A stretch of DNA of 53,438 bases, filler included, from Jimgerdemannia flammicorona (taxonomy: Eukaryota), in the NCBI GenBank assembly GCA_003990765.1. It is 3 parts of 3 records of this genome, joined end to end, with 100 filler letters (N's around TTAATTAATTAA, not from the genome) between each part and the next. Parts side by side here need not be neighbours in the genome. Positions count along the whole stretch, not along the records: positions 35,695 to 53,438 come from RBNJ01002427.1; 2 more parts are not named here. One strand, written 5' to 3'. The notes below the pieces were generated by a model. That model was not told the origin of the DNA. It did no database searches and was given only the letters and a program-made list of their open reading frames with translations. The position numbers and the translations under genes are program-made. Below are positions 35,595 to 46,488 of this stretch, one piece after another (positions within the stretch are counted from its first letter, which is position 1; each line of letters starts with the position of its first letter).

Positions 35595-35694
35595 NNNNNN
35601 NNNNNNNNNNNNNNNNNNNNNNNNNNNNNNNNNNNNNNTTAATTAATTAANNNNNNNNNNNNNNNNNNNNNNNNNNNNNNNNNNNNNNNNNNNN
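35595..35694. other. Artificial contig linker
   Basis: 100 nt of N with TTAATTAATTAA. Confidence 0.97.
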
Positions 35695-35725
35695 TCTAAG
35701 AGAATATAAAAAAAAAAAAAAAAAA

Positions 35726-38700
35726 TGGGTGTCTGGATAGGGATGGTGAGGTGTCTGAGGTGGAATCCACATGCTGTTCAGCTGGTGGTGGAAGGACTGC
35801 CAACCCTGGGCAGGCAAGAGACCAAGGAGATAGTGGTAGAGGCACTGGGTGGATATGATGAGATGGTGGACTTCGGGTTCATGTTCTGGGAGGGCACCAA
35901 GTTGAGGAATGGTAACTATGAGGTGATGCTGTGACTGGAGGGCAAGGAGGCGACTGGGCTGGGCCACAATTGGTCTGAAGGGATTAGAATTAGGGGGCAA
36001 GAGTGCAAGGTGTAGAGGAGGAAGGGAGTGGAACAGGAGGAGGAAGAGTTAGCAATTGCTCTGGAGGAGAGAGAGGCTGCCAAGGAGCTGCAATAGAGGA
36101 AGTAAGAGGAGTATGCCAAGGATTGGGTCTGGATCCAGGCAGATGGCAAGTGGAAGAGGTGGAGGAAAGGAAACTGGGAGCATCTGCAGGCAGCCCTTCA
36201 AGGGGCAGCAGTGGAAGAGGAGGCAAGAGTAGAGGCAGCCAAGAATCAGATGGAAGGAGTGGAGGCAGCAGAGGTATCCTTCTCCCAGCTGGGTGGTGTA
36301 GAGAACTCAGCATATGCACCGGTGAGAGGAAAGTGGGCAGATAAGGAGGAGGTTGGTGAAGGAGGCTTTGAGGTTGATGCTGAAGTAGTGCCGGAGACTC
36401 AGGTGGAGGACACCCATGTGGCTGAGGTGACAAATGTTCATTGGGAGTGCCCAGAAGCTGGTGAGGTAATTCATTTGGAGAAAGTGGTGGAGGAGGATGA
36501 GCTGGTGGATGTGGCTTCTGATGTATTGGCAGACAGGGAACAACTGCAAGAGCTGAGCAGGACTCCCAGGCCTTCAACTCCTGGGCCCCTAGTGATGACA
36601 GCAGAGAGTTGGTACCAGGTGGTGCTGGAGGAGCTGGCCGAGGAAGATATCAAGAAAGTGGATGTGTTTCATGGATCTCAGGAGGTATGGGAAGGATTTC
36701 TCAATATAGAGATGCAGGGGTCTAAGCTGGTGATGGTAATAGTAGCCACCCTTCTGGATGATGAAGGATATGATATTGACGAGAGCAGAATGGCTGACAT
36801 CAGGAAGGTGGCAACAGAAAGAGTGGACCTTTTCTGCAGCAGTGAAAATGGTGATCGAATCTGGAGGGTGATTTGCAAAGATTAGCAAGAGATTGTTAGA
36901 GAAAGGGCTGAGAAGGTGGTGGTGGTCCCAGCTGAGCTTTAAACAATTTCCTTAATGATGATGAACAATCTACATATTTTATCGATCAATGTCAATGGAT
37001 TGTGGGATGGTATTAAAAGATGGCAGCTTTTCAGATAGCTTAAAGTCAGGAGGTATGATGTTATGTTTCTTTCAGGGACTTCTTTCTCTCAAACCATACC
37101 AGTCAAAAGGTCTGAGTGGAAATTGGATCCCTATGGTGTAGGGGAAGGGGGGCCATCAGTGCCCTGAGGTTGGGTGTGCCAGAAGCAGTGAGAGAAGAGG
37201 AGTCCAATGGTGTTGAGTTGCCCCAACCTCAAGGCTACAGTTTTCAAGAATTCAAGAGTTTTATCATTTTGTGGGCCAGATGGTATGATGCAGGCTCTGG
37301 GAGCTACTGGCAAGTTCTCAAGGAGATGTGGAGTCTTACATCCAGCAATGTGGCTGGCTTCATGGTGAGCATCCAATTTACTGGCATACTCTAGTGGGCT
37401 GGGGGACATGGGTCAGGCCCTTAGGCTTTCTTTCACTCAGAGGGGGACTCTCACTGTATCCTCAAGGCATAGAGGTGTACCAGGTGATTTTGGAAGGGGC
37501 TCAGAGAATTTCAGAAGGTGCAGCTGGTGATTGGCTAAGGTGGATGAGGTGATCTCGATACATGTAGTGATAGTGACTAGTGATTGGTAGATGCAGGATG
37601 GTGTGATTCAAGATGGCAGTGACGATCAGGCCAGGTGATTGGCTGATGATGGTGTGATGATCAGCAGGGAGATCAGCAGGTGACTACTTCACTGCTTTGG
37701 GGAGGGAGGAGCCAGTAGGCTGGGTGCATGCTGCAGGAGTACTTGAGGTACTGGGGTCACATTCAGTGGTCCTTTAGGGTAAGACCAGGTATGATGGCAG
37801 TATCACTTAAGGTGCTGGTGTCACAAGTCAGATGGTAACTTCTGACTCAGAGTTGGGCAGGGAGAGTGGTGGTCGGATGACAGACCCATTCATTAAGTAT
37901 GTAGGCTGGCACTGGGCAGCCAAGGTGGGGTGGAATAACTTATGGATGGAGATTATCAGACCTGCATGCCATTTCATTTCTCTACATTGCATATATTATT
38001 TGTATGAGGGGGCTGGTTGTGGCCTTGGTGGTACATTGTTATTGGTAGGGAGAGGGGCCCTGGCCACCTTGGCTTTGCCAAGATTAGATATCGAATAGCC
38101 CGAGACTACTCTTTTCAGGGCCTGACCACACTTACTTTCTTGTCAGGTAATCCGGGGGATGTTTTCCCACTGTTTGCTGTATAACTATGTTCAGAATAAT
38201 TGAGTTTAGAAAAAAAAAAAAAAAAAAAAAAAGATGTTATGTTTCTTCAGGATGTTTGGGCTTATGGTGAGTTGGACTTTGAGATTTGGAGCAAAGAATG
38301 ATATGGTGGAGCGGTTTGGAATATGCAGGTGGGCATCTTGTTTGGTATAGGCAAAGGCGAGTTGGTGGAGGTAGAGAGCTATGGCAACAGACTGATTTGG
38401 GAAAGATTAAAAGAAAGGGCAGGTGATAGTTTGACAGTTGGATCAGTTTACCTCCCTGCAGTTGGCAGAGAGTGAAAGCAATGGGTTGAGGGATGGCAGG
38501 CATGGGATGATCAGGAGGTAGATGCTTTGGACATTCTGGGGGGAGACTTCAATATGGTGCATGATTAAATACTGGATAGATCTGATGGTAGAGCAGAAGT
38601 CACGGTATTCTCTGGACTTTCTCAATGGCTTCAGGTGGAGTGTGACAGGGGCTTGGTGGATGGCTTTCATCAATAACAGGGGGATGCATTGGGACCTTTT

Positions 38701-39117
38701 ACCCAGTGGCACCCAGTTGGAATAGCATTAGTTGGGATACGAATAGATTGGGTGCTAGTGGCAGAGTGCTGGGGTAATGTACTGGACACTGCTGAGGTTT
38801 GCTGGTGCCCTTGGTCAGATCACTGGGGAGTGGAGGTTTGCAGGATATTCCAAGCAGCAGGCTGTGGTGAAGGGCACTGGTGCCTCAATGTGGCCTTACT
38901 CAGGAGGAAGAAGGAGAGGGATAATTTTGTGATAGTTATGAAGTAGGAAGTTATGTGATAGCAGAATGAAGAGCAGTTGATAGCAGAATGGTAGGGTAAA
39001 TTCAAACATTTGGCTAGTGCTTACTGGCATGATGTTGAAGAAGTGGCTGGAAAAGAACAGAAGGACAAGCAAAGGAGAGTGGAGAAGGGGCTGAGATGAC
39101 GATTGAAGCTTTTGGAA
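35726..39117 (+). mobile_element. L1/Tx1-like LINE fragment (ORF1 from mid-gene; ORF2 APE from 36955)
   Basis: VQLVVEGLPTL..KEIVVEALGGY ORF1; SINVNGL, MFLQD, GGDFN, RIDW and SDHW APE motifs. Confidence 0.85.
37072..38232 (+). mobile_element. 5'-truncated LINE 3' end with poly(A), nested in the APE domain of another LINE
   Basis: 15-bp TSD GATGTTATGTTTCTT at 37057-37071 and 38233-38247, with A23 at 38210-38232. Confidence 0.85.
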
Positions 39118-39474
39118 AAGGGGAACTTGTCTGGGGAAGATTGCTGCAACCTTCAAGATCAACTTCTTGAGTAACAGTGCTACCACCAGCCCCATCACAC
39201 CATCTGCCAGGACTCCCTTCTGCTTCTGCTTCAGGAACCCCTGCTCCACCTTACCATCAGCCATCACATCTCTTTTTTTTTCCTAATTCTCTTTTTTTTT
39301 TTTTTTTTTTTTCTAATATCAGCAAAGCTGTCCCTTGCCAAGAGTGATTGTATTATTTTTGCTGAATACATATTTACAAATTGAAGGAATGACACAATCC
39401 CAATTGATAATCTCTTGGTATAGTAGTAATATGGAGATCATTTCTGAACTTTTAGCCCTTCTATAAGAGGAAGT
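39118..39474 (-). mobile_element. Inverted LINE ORF1 fragment preceded by poly(A)-tailed 3' end(s)
   Basis: LADGVMGLVVALLLKKL matches LADGVMGMVSAPLLKKL in ORF 31895-32122. T-tracts lie at 39273-39281 and 39292-39312. Confidence 0.6.
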
Positions 39475-40238
39475 TGTAATAAAATGAGGCATGACAAGCA
39501 ATCACATGACCCAGCAGTGATGACATCATCATACAATTGAGTGTGACATATGAATAATGAATGAATGAACAATGCAGAAAATAAGGTAAAAAATGATATC
39601 CAGCTTATTTCTGACAATCGGTGCCGCAGCAACTGTTGCCAAAACAGCTGATTATTGCCTAGTAATTGAGGTCCTGATTACAAAGTTGTTTTTGCCAAAA
39701 ACCACCTGACAAAGGTCACAATCACAAACCTCATTATAGTTACCAAATTAGTCACTCATACTTAGTCAGAAATCATGGACCAACTTGTATAAATACCCCC
39801 CAGTTTCCATCCAAAATAAAGCAGTTTTAGTTCAGTTCTTGATATAAGAATCAAGTCCCCCCCACACACACACATTCCCCTGAGTCTTAGTAATGATACC
39901 TAAGTGACTCTAGTGTTTCTGACTAAACTCCAGAAGCCTAGCTAACTTCTGCCAGAACTGAGACTGGTATATAAATTCTCCAAAGACTTAAGTAAATCTA
40001 TTGAATCTGAATTCCAAGATGAATTCAGTCTGTACACAGCAAAGAACAAGACCCTCAAAATAGGGCAAAAGAGAAAGACTTTTGAAATAGAAGGCACTGC
40101 TACTATAACTAATTATAAGTGAGTGCTTCCTCAAACTGAAGGCTTCTTGATTCCCATTGTGTACTAAGTCTCTAAGTAATAGTCCACTTCCCTAATTATC
40201 TAAAGGATAAGAGAGGGGTAGAAGTGAGAGTTATTACA
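39475..40238 (+). repeat. GypB 5' LTR (764 bp)
   Basis: Perfect 8-bp inverted ends TGTAATAA...TTATTACA and a TATA at 39788. Followed by ACT and a degenerate PBS TTATAGCAGTGG (40242-40253), the same layout as GypA. Confidence 0.8.
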
Positions 40239-40483
40239 ACTTTATAGCAGTGGATTACCAGCCAAGAAGATACCAAAGAATATACTCCTGAAGTTGGAAC
40301 AAGACCAACCTTGGACAGGAGTAACCCCCAGAACCAACTGTGGATCCTCAAACCAGAGCCAGAGAAGTCCTTGCTATTAGAACTAGGTAGTACCAGGAAA
40401 CCACAGACCCAAGGACCCACCAGGTTATAATTGACCAGACTTATAAGGATCTATACCAGGCATTTAGATAGTGCTCTGCAAAC

Positions 40484-40850
40484 CCAACCCAATTAACCTG
40501 AAACCCAACCCATAAAACAGCCAACCTGGAATTAGATATCACCTGTCTTTAACCAAACCTAGAATTATACATCACCCATCTTTAACCTAACCCGAAATTA
40601 TATATCATCTATCTTTAACCTGACCTAGAATTGTATGTCACCCATCTTTAACCCAACCTGGAAAGATACATTACCCATCTTTAACCCAACCTGGAATTAA
40701 ACATAACCCATCTTTAACCCAACCTGGAAATATATGTCACCCAATCTATTATTTACCCTTACCCAAACCTGAATATGACCCCTGAACCCAACCCTGAACC
40801 TGATCCCTGAACCCAACCCTGAACCTGACCCTCTGAACTCTGCCCTGAAA
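40484..40850. repeat. Left subterminal tandem array (33-bp unit, then CCTGAA-type short repeats)
   Basis: TTAACCCAACCTGGAATTATATGTCACCCATCT-like units start at 40648, 40681, 40714 and neighbouring positions. Confidence 0.85.
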
Positions 40851-40912
40851 AAATGATATGGAAAATATTTAGATAATATTCAGAGCAATTAAAAGTGAAA
40901 AATATCTGAAGA

Positions 40913-43235
40913 TTACCAAGAATCCAAACACATGCATGCACGAATTGTATTTACACACAAGCTGTTTCAACATTCAGTCACTAGCTCACCAGCAATAGAA
41001 AAAATATGTTCAAATGGAACAGATGTCACCAAAATAGCAAGATAATCATGAGTCATTCATGAAAGATTAGGATATACTGACTAATTTTGCCACCACCAAT
41101 CCAGTATATCTATATGAGGATCAGCTGGATTCTCTGACAAATAACTGAAACAGAGAAATATGAGTGAAAATTAACCAAGCCAACCAAAAAACATAAAAAC
41201 AACATCCACTATTCAAGCTCATCATCCACATTGATACACTGTTTCTTATATATTGAGTTGATAAAATTATCAGCATCATGAGATATTGAGGATATAATGA
41301 CAGTATTAACAGACTTATACTCCTTTTCCCAGATATGTTCCATCTAATTCTTTCATTCATCAATTAAGGATTTTTTCCATTGCTCATGATGGAAATAACA
41401 CATGTTGATATGTAGATCTAAGGCTGAAGCTATGCTGTATAATGGTGTTGTCTTGCAGTAATACTTTAGAAGTTTCATATATGCATTCTTAGCAGTGGTA
41501 AGTATTATCTATAAAAAATAAAAATATATACATATTACTTCCCAATTACTTACTAAATTAGTTCCTAAATTTACAAATAAAATTACTTTCAAAATTATAT
41601 ATATATCTGATTAAAATGTTCACCAGTTTGATATATATCAATGATATCTTCAAGGTGATCACATAGTCAATTAAATAGTGGGATAACAGCTGCTATTATA
41701 GAATACTTTGAAGCTAACATCACAGTTGTCACTTTGGTAAAAGGCTCGAGAAATCAGCAAATCAATTAAAATTATTGCCATATATCTTCAGATATATTGC
41801 TCATTTGTTTATTCATGACACACAATATATCTAAGCCCTATTTGGATATAATATCAATTTATTTAGTACCAAAATACTTCCGAATTGTATTCCAAAATCT
41901 ATACAAATAGATTCAAAATCTTACCTTATGAATCTCCAGAGCACATACTAACATTTTATGTGTAGAACTCCATCTTATCATAACATCTAAGAGAGACTTC
42001 AAAATGGGAATTCTGGAGGATTCACAGACCTTTGCCAGTTGTGCTTATCATTGCACTGAATTTTTGATCTTCTTTATCAACTTCCATAGCTTTCCAATGG
42101 GCTCACTAAGAGAACCAAGAGCATCATGAACAATGAGATTCAACATATACCCAAAACAGTATACATGAGTGAGCGGATGATGGAGATTCTCAAACAGAGT
42201 ATCATTGTTACTGGTATTGTCATATATAACAGCAATAATTTGATTGTCACTAGGCAATAAATCATCTATTACCAGCTCTAGACTTTTTGCAAGATTGGTA
42301 TCCATTTGTGTTATTTCGCTAATATTCACAAAGTCTAAGATAATGTTATGTATCTTCCAATTACTGTCAATCCAATGGGCTGTTATTCTAAGGAAGACCT
42401 TGATGTTAACATCTGATATCCAACAATCAAGTATAAGTGACACCTTTGACTTGAGCCCTACTAGCCTTACTTTCACTTGAGTCCACAATAGTTCAAATTT
42501 CTTTCGAATAACTTGCAAAATCATATCAGCTGATAGAAGGACCAGATCAGGGCATAATATGTGAAGGAGATACTTGAAGCCAGTATTTTTGATAGTGGAG
42601 AATGGCTGATATCTAGTGACAATGAAGTTGGCAATTAACTGATGGAAATTTTCATCACTTAAAGTCTTGCTAGTGTGTTTCTATTTGTAATAATAAAATT
42701 TGATGAATTATTTTTCTAATAATCTCCTAAGTACTTCCCGAATTCCATTCTATCCATACTCATAATATTATCTTTCTTAGACCAGCAAGGATTCTCAGCA
42801 TGCTGAAAAGGTAAGAGTATGACATTGTGATGCTTCCAGAGATGTCATTTAAGATTGTTGATATTGCCATTCTTCGATATATTGCTCCAAGTTGTGCAAT
42901 GGTTGCAACTGATGAGCTTACTTTGTAAATTCTATTTGAATAGAGAGATATGAGACTATATTAGAACCTCAATTACTTACAACTGACTACTCACCCTTAC
43001 AACTGATGAGACCAATCACCCCTATGAATGCAACCATTAGCACAATGTATAAAACTACCTTTGTGACATGATTCCACACCCAGCTATCACCAGGTTTTGT
43101 TTTTATTTTTATTTTTGTGCTTGTTGGTAATAATGAACTAGTGGAGATATCTGATATATCCTCTGATATATCCTCCAATATATCATCTAATGGTTCCAAG
43201 ATTTCTCCTAAATGTACTTCTTGATCTTTAGACAT
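40913..43235 (-). pseudogene. hAT transposase (BED finger, DDE core, dimerisation domain), probably intron-containing
   Basis: SWVWNH..CNHC..HLWKHH, SLILDCW, ITAHWID, DNTSNN, CFGYMLNLIV, RWSST and YPNLS..DYLAI..TSVPFEHIFS motifs. Confidence 0.88.
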
Positions 43236-43578
43236 TTTGAATGTTTGATGATGGTGGGGACTGGGAGCTTGAGTGAGAGGCCGAAAGCTGGAAAGTGGCT
43301 AGGAAGTGGTAAGCTAGGGAGTGGCAAACTGGGAAATGAGCTGGGGGGGCAGTGAACTAGGGGGCAGGGAGTTGGGGAGAGGCAGCGAGCAGTGGGAAAA
43401 GCCAGGAACTGTGCAGTCTGGAATAGGAGTCAGTGAGCTAGAGGGCAGTGAGAGAGAGAGCAGCAAGGTGACATATGATAGCCAATAATCAATTGTGGAC
43501 AGAGGATGGATGAATAAATATGCACAGGTGGTGAACTGGTACCCATCACACAACTACAAACAGCAAACATACTTTGGA

Positions 43579-44019
43579 GATTCAGCATGTTCTGCATTGA
43601 GCAAGGTTTGCAATGATATTTGAGTGAGGTTTGTAGTACATTTGAGCGAGATTTGCAGCAAGGTTCAAGCAAGATTTGCAAGCAAGATTAAAGTGAGATT
43701 TGTAAGTAAGATTTGCACATAAGATTAAAGCGAGATTTACATAAGCCAGGCTTTGCAAGCCTTGTGCTTGCAAGCCTGGACAAGCTCAGTCACAAGCTGA
43801 TATGACATATATATAAGCTGATATCATGTGATATCAGCTATTGGCTGAGCTTGCAAGTGCAAGGCTTGCAAAGCCTGGCTTATGCAAATCTTGCTTGCAA
43901 ATCTCACTCAAACCTCGCTGCAAATCTCACTGCAAATCTCACTCAAACATACTACAAATCTCGCTCAAATGTCATTGCAAACCTCGCTCAATCAGGGCTT
44001 ATGCAGAACCTGCTGAATC
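43579..44019. repeat. Long imperfect inverted repeat 1 in the hAT intergenic region
   Basis: Arms GATTCAGCA.GTTCTGCAT...GCAAGC are built of GAGATTTGCA units around the palindrome AGCTGATATCATGTGATATCAGCT (about 43817-43840). Confidence 0.85.
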
Positions 44020-44023
44020 ATGC

Positions 44024-44230
44024 AGAGAAGAGCAGAACACAGTGAGGAAAGCTCCAGATTGCAAGCATAAGCATAAGCATAAGCTTTGTTCTGCTCAGTC
44101 TGACAAGCTAATAATAAGCTGATATCATGTAATATCAGCTATCAGCTGAGCTGAGCAAAGCTTGTACTTGTGCTTATACTTACACTTATGCTTGCAATTC
44201 AGAGCTTTCCTCACTGTGTTCCACTTCTCT
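44024..44230. repeat. Inverted repeat 2 with the same core palindrome
   Basis: GAACACAGTGAGGAAAGCTC...GAGCTTTCCTCACTGTGTTC surrounds AGCTGATATCATGTAATATCAGCT (about 44117-44140). Confidence 0.85.
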
Positions 44231-44337
44231 TGTATTCCACTCCTCTTGTGTTTCACTCCTCTTGCACAACTCTCACATATTCCTCCACCTCCCTCACCCC
44301 TCATTCCTCAGATTGCAAACAATATACAATTTAGAAA

Positions 44338-44450
44338 TGGGTTTCAAAAGAGATTTTGAAGAGATTCCAAAAGAGATTTCAAAGAGATTTGGAAAGGGCT
44401 TCTGAAAGAGATTTCGGAGAGATTCCAAAAGAGCTTCTGAAAGATATTAT
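44338..44450. repeat. Short tandem repeats (GAGATTTCAAAA-like, 11-12 bp)
   Basis: About nine imperfect units are directly visible. Confidence 0.75.
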
Positions 44451-44576
44451 AGCTTTTGAACATTTAAGATATCAAAAGCTTACTTTTGCCTCTCATTCTT
44501 TTCACCTTGTCCTTTGCTTTACCTCATCCTTTGCTTTGCCTCACTTAATTCACTGCTATGTTGAGAAAACGTGGAT

Positions 44577-45939
44577 ATGACCATCTGGCCAATAAGTATT
44601 TACTTGGCCCCCCCCAAGCTCAATGCACTTCAGCTCACCATCAAAGCTCAGCACCCTAAAGATGCCCAGCTTACCAACACCCAGCCTGCCAAGCTTGCCA
44701 ACACCCAGCCTGCTGAGCTTGGCAACACCCAGTCTGCTGAGCTTACTGATACCCAGCCTGCCAAGCTTGCTGACACCCAGGTTGCTGAGCTCGCCGACTT
44801 CCAGCTCACTGACCCTCAGCTCCCTGATCTCCAGCTTGACCACCAGCTCACTGCTGGTCGGCAAGCACAAGGTCCCCCACCAGATCTCAATAATGCAGCT
44901 CGAAAAAGTTAGTTTTTTTTTTTTTTTTTCTTTTTAAATCAGTGTCCGAATTTTTTTCCTAATAACATTCGAAATATACATATCCTCCAGCTTCTAAGCC
45001 TGGGCTGGAGTGCAAATATTGCTACAATTGCCATTTTTGCCATCAAGTTTGTCCAAACACCACCTGGAAGCATTGCCAAACCAATTTCCCAGATGCCCCA
45101 AACCTCATAGAGAAAAGGCCTTACAAATTGGACATTAGGTGTGCTTTTACTGCAGCCAACAAACATATAAAGAAAGTACATGATGACCAACTGAGGCAAG
45201 AAGTCATAAGAGTGATAGAAAACTATGTGAAAATCATAGAATGTTTGTCATACCACACTGGCTTCAAGGTGAATGCCAAAGCATGGAACAAGTGAGGTTG
45301 TCCAGATGGAATTGTTATCATGGATGAACATGAAAAACTGCTGACCATATTTGAATGAGTACTGGTGAAGAACAACAAAATACTTTATATGCAACTGATG
45401 GATAGCAGGCTTATGCATTTTGTTGAGGGGAGTGGTGGTGGAGAAGATGGAGAGGTGGGAGAGGTCAGTGCTAGTGAAGGAGTCAGTGCCAGTAGAGAGG
45501 TCGGTGGAGAGGTTGGTGCAGAGAGGTCAGTGCGGGGGAGGTTGGCGCAGGAGAGGTTGGTGCAGGGGAGGTTGGTATGGAGGAACATGGGGAGGTCAGT
45601 ATGGGGGAGGTTGGCATGGAGGAACATAGGGAGGTCAGTGTAGAGGAACATAGAGAGATCAGCATGGAGAAATACAGGGAGGTTGGCACAGAGGAACATG
45701 GGAAGGTCGGCGCAGAGGAATACGGGGAGGTGAGTGCAGAGGAACATGGAGAGGTTGGTGTGGAGGAATACAGGGAGGTTGGCACAGAGGATGAAATAGA
45801 GGTTGGCATAGAGGAGGTTGGCACAGAGGAGGATATGGAGGAGGAGGATATAGAGGAAAGCAGTTTGGAATATATGGAGGAAGATGGTTCGGAATATGAG
45901 AAGGAAGAGAATCAGTTGGTTTATAGCAATGAAGAGTAA
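44577..45939 (+). pseudogene. hAT-borne second gene: 8-aa repeat N-terminus, Cys/His-rich core, acidic 8-aa repeat tail
   Basis: ORF 44571-44912 joins via a putative GT-AG intron (44908-44942) in frame to CKYCYNCHFCHQVC..KHC. It then continues in frame to ORF 45365 and, after a 1-nt slip, ORF 45577-45939. Confidence 0.6.
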
Positions 45940-46119
45940 GATCTATTCACACTGATAAGTTCTTTATTTTTCTGATTTACTTCTTATTTATTTCTAATTT
46001 TATTTTGATTTCTGATTCCTAATTATGTTTCTATTTGTTTATTTTAAATGTATATCTTAGATGTACAACACATTTTTTTTGGTGCCTTGTAGCTTAATGG
46101 TGGATTAAAGATAGGTCTG

Positions 46120-46455
46120 TGTCAGGTTAAATATGGGTCAGAGTCAGGTCACATATATTTCTCAGGTCAGGTCATGTATATTTCTCAGGTCAGATCACAT
46201 ATATTTCTCGGATTGGGTTAAAGATGGGTTATGTATAATTCCGGGTTGGGTTAAAGATTGGTGACATACATTTCCAGGTCAGGTTAAAGATGGGTAACAT
46301 ATAATTCTGGGTTGGGTTAAAGACAGGTGACATATTATTCTGGGTTAGGTTAAAGATTGGTGACATATAATTCCAGGTCAGGTTAAAGATGGGTGACTTA
46401 TAATTCTAGGTCAGGTTAAAGATAGGTGATGTATAATTCTGAGTCAGGTTAAATA
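46120..46455. repeat. Right subterminal 33-bp array, inverted relative to the left array
   Basis: GGTTAAAGATGGGTGACATATAATTCCAGGTCA units are the reverse complement of the left unit. Confidence 0.85.
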
Positions 46456-46488
46456 TGTACATAGGTCAGCTTGGGTTGTGATGCACTA

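Larger units (their letters stand above)
40469..46488 (-). mobile_element. hAT DNA transposon (6020 bp) with transposase and a second, divergent gene
   Basis: TAGTGC...GCACTA termini; 8-bp flanks CATTTAGA/CCTTTAGG (6/8 match); inverted subterminal 33-bp arrays; hAT transposase motifs. Confidence 0.88.

Noticed and set aside
39461..39474. PPT-like AAGAGGAAGT just upstream of the GypB LTR, suggesting a shared LTR in a tandem element
   Set aside because: The tract is short, and the upstream sequence looks like a minus-strand LINE 3' UTR rather than integrase. Probably chance, though not excluded.
40516..40745. 33-bp repeat arrays (also 46120-46455) and the 35-bp array at 4321-4480 as possible CRISPR arrays
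   Set aside because: They are head-to-tail repeats without unique spacers, there are no cas genes, and the context is eukaryotic TE.
43582..44122. Mirror-image ORFs on both strands (43582-43773, 43841-44122, 43851-44045)
   Set aside because: They are by-products of the inverted repeat built from short units and show no protein motifs.
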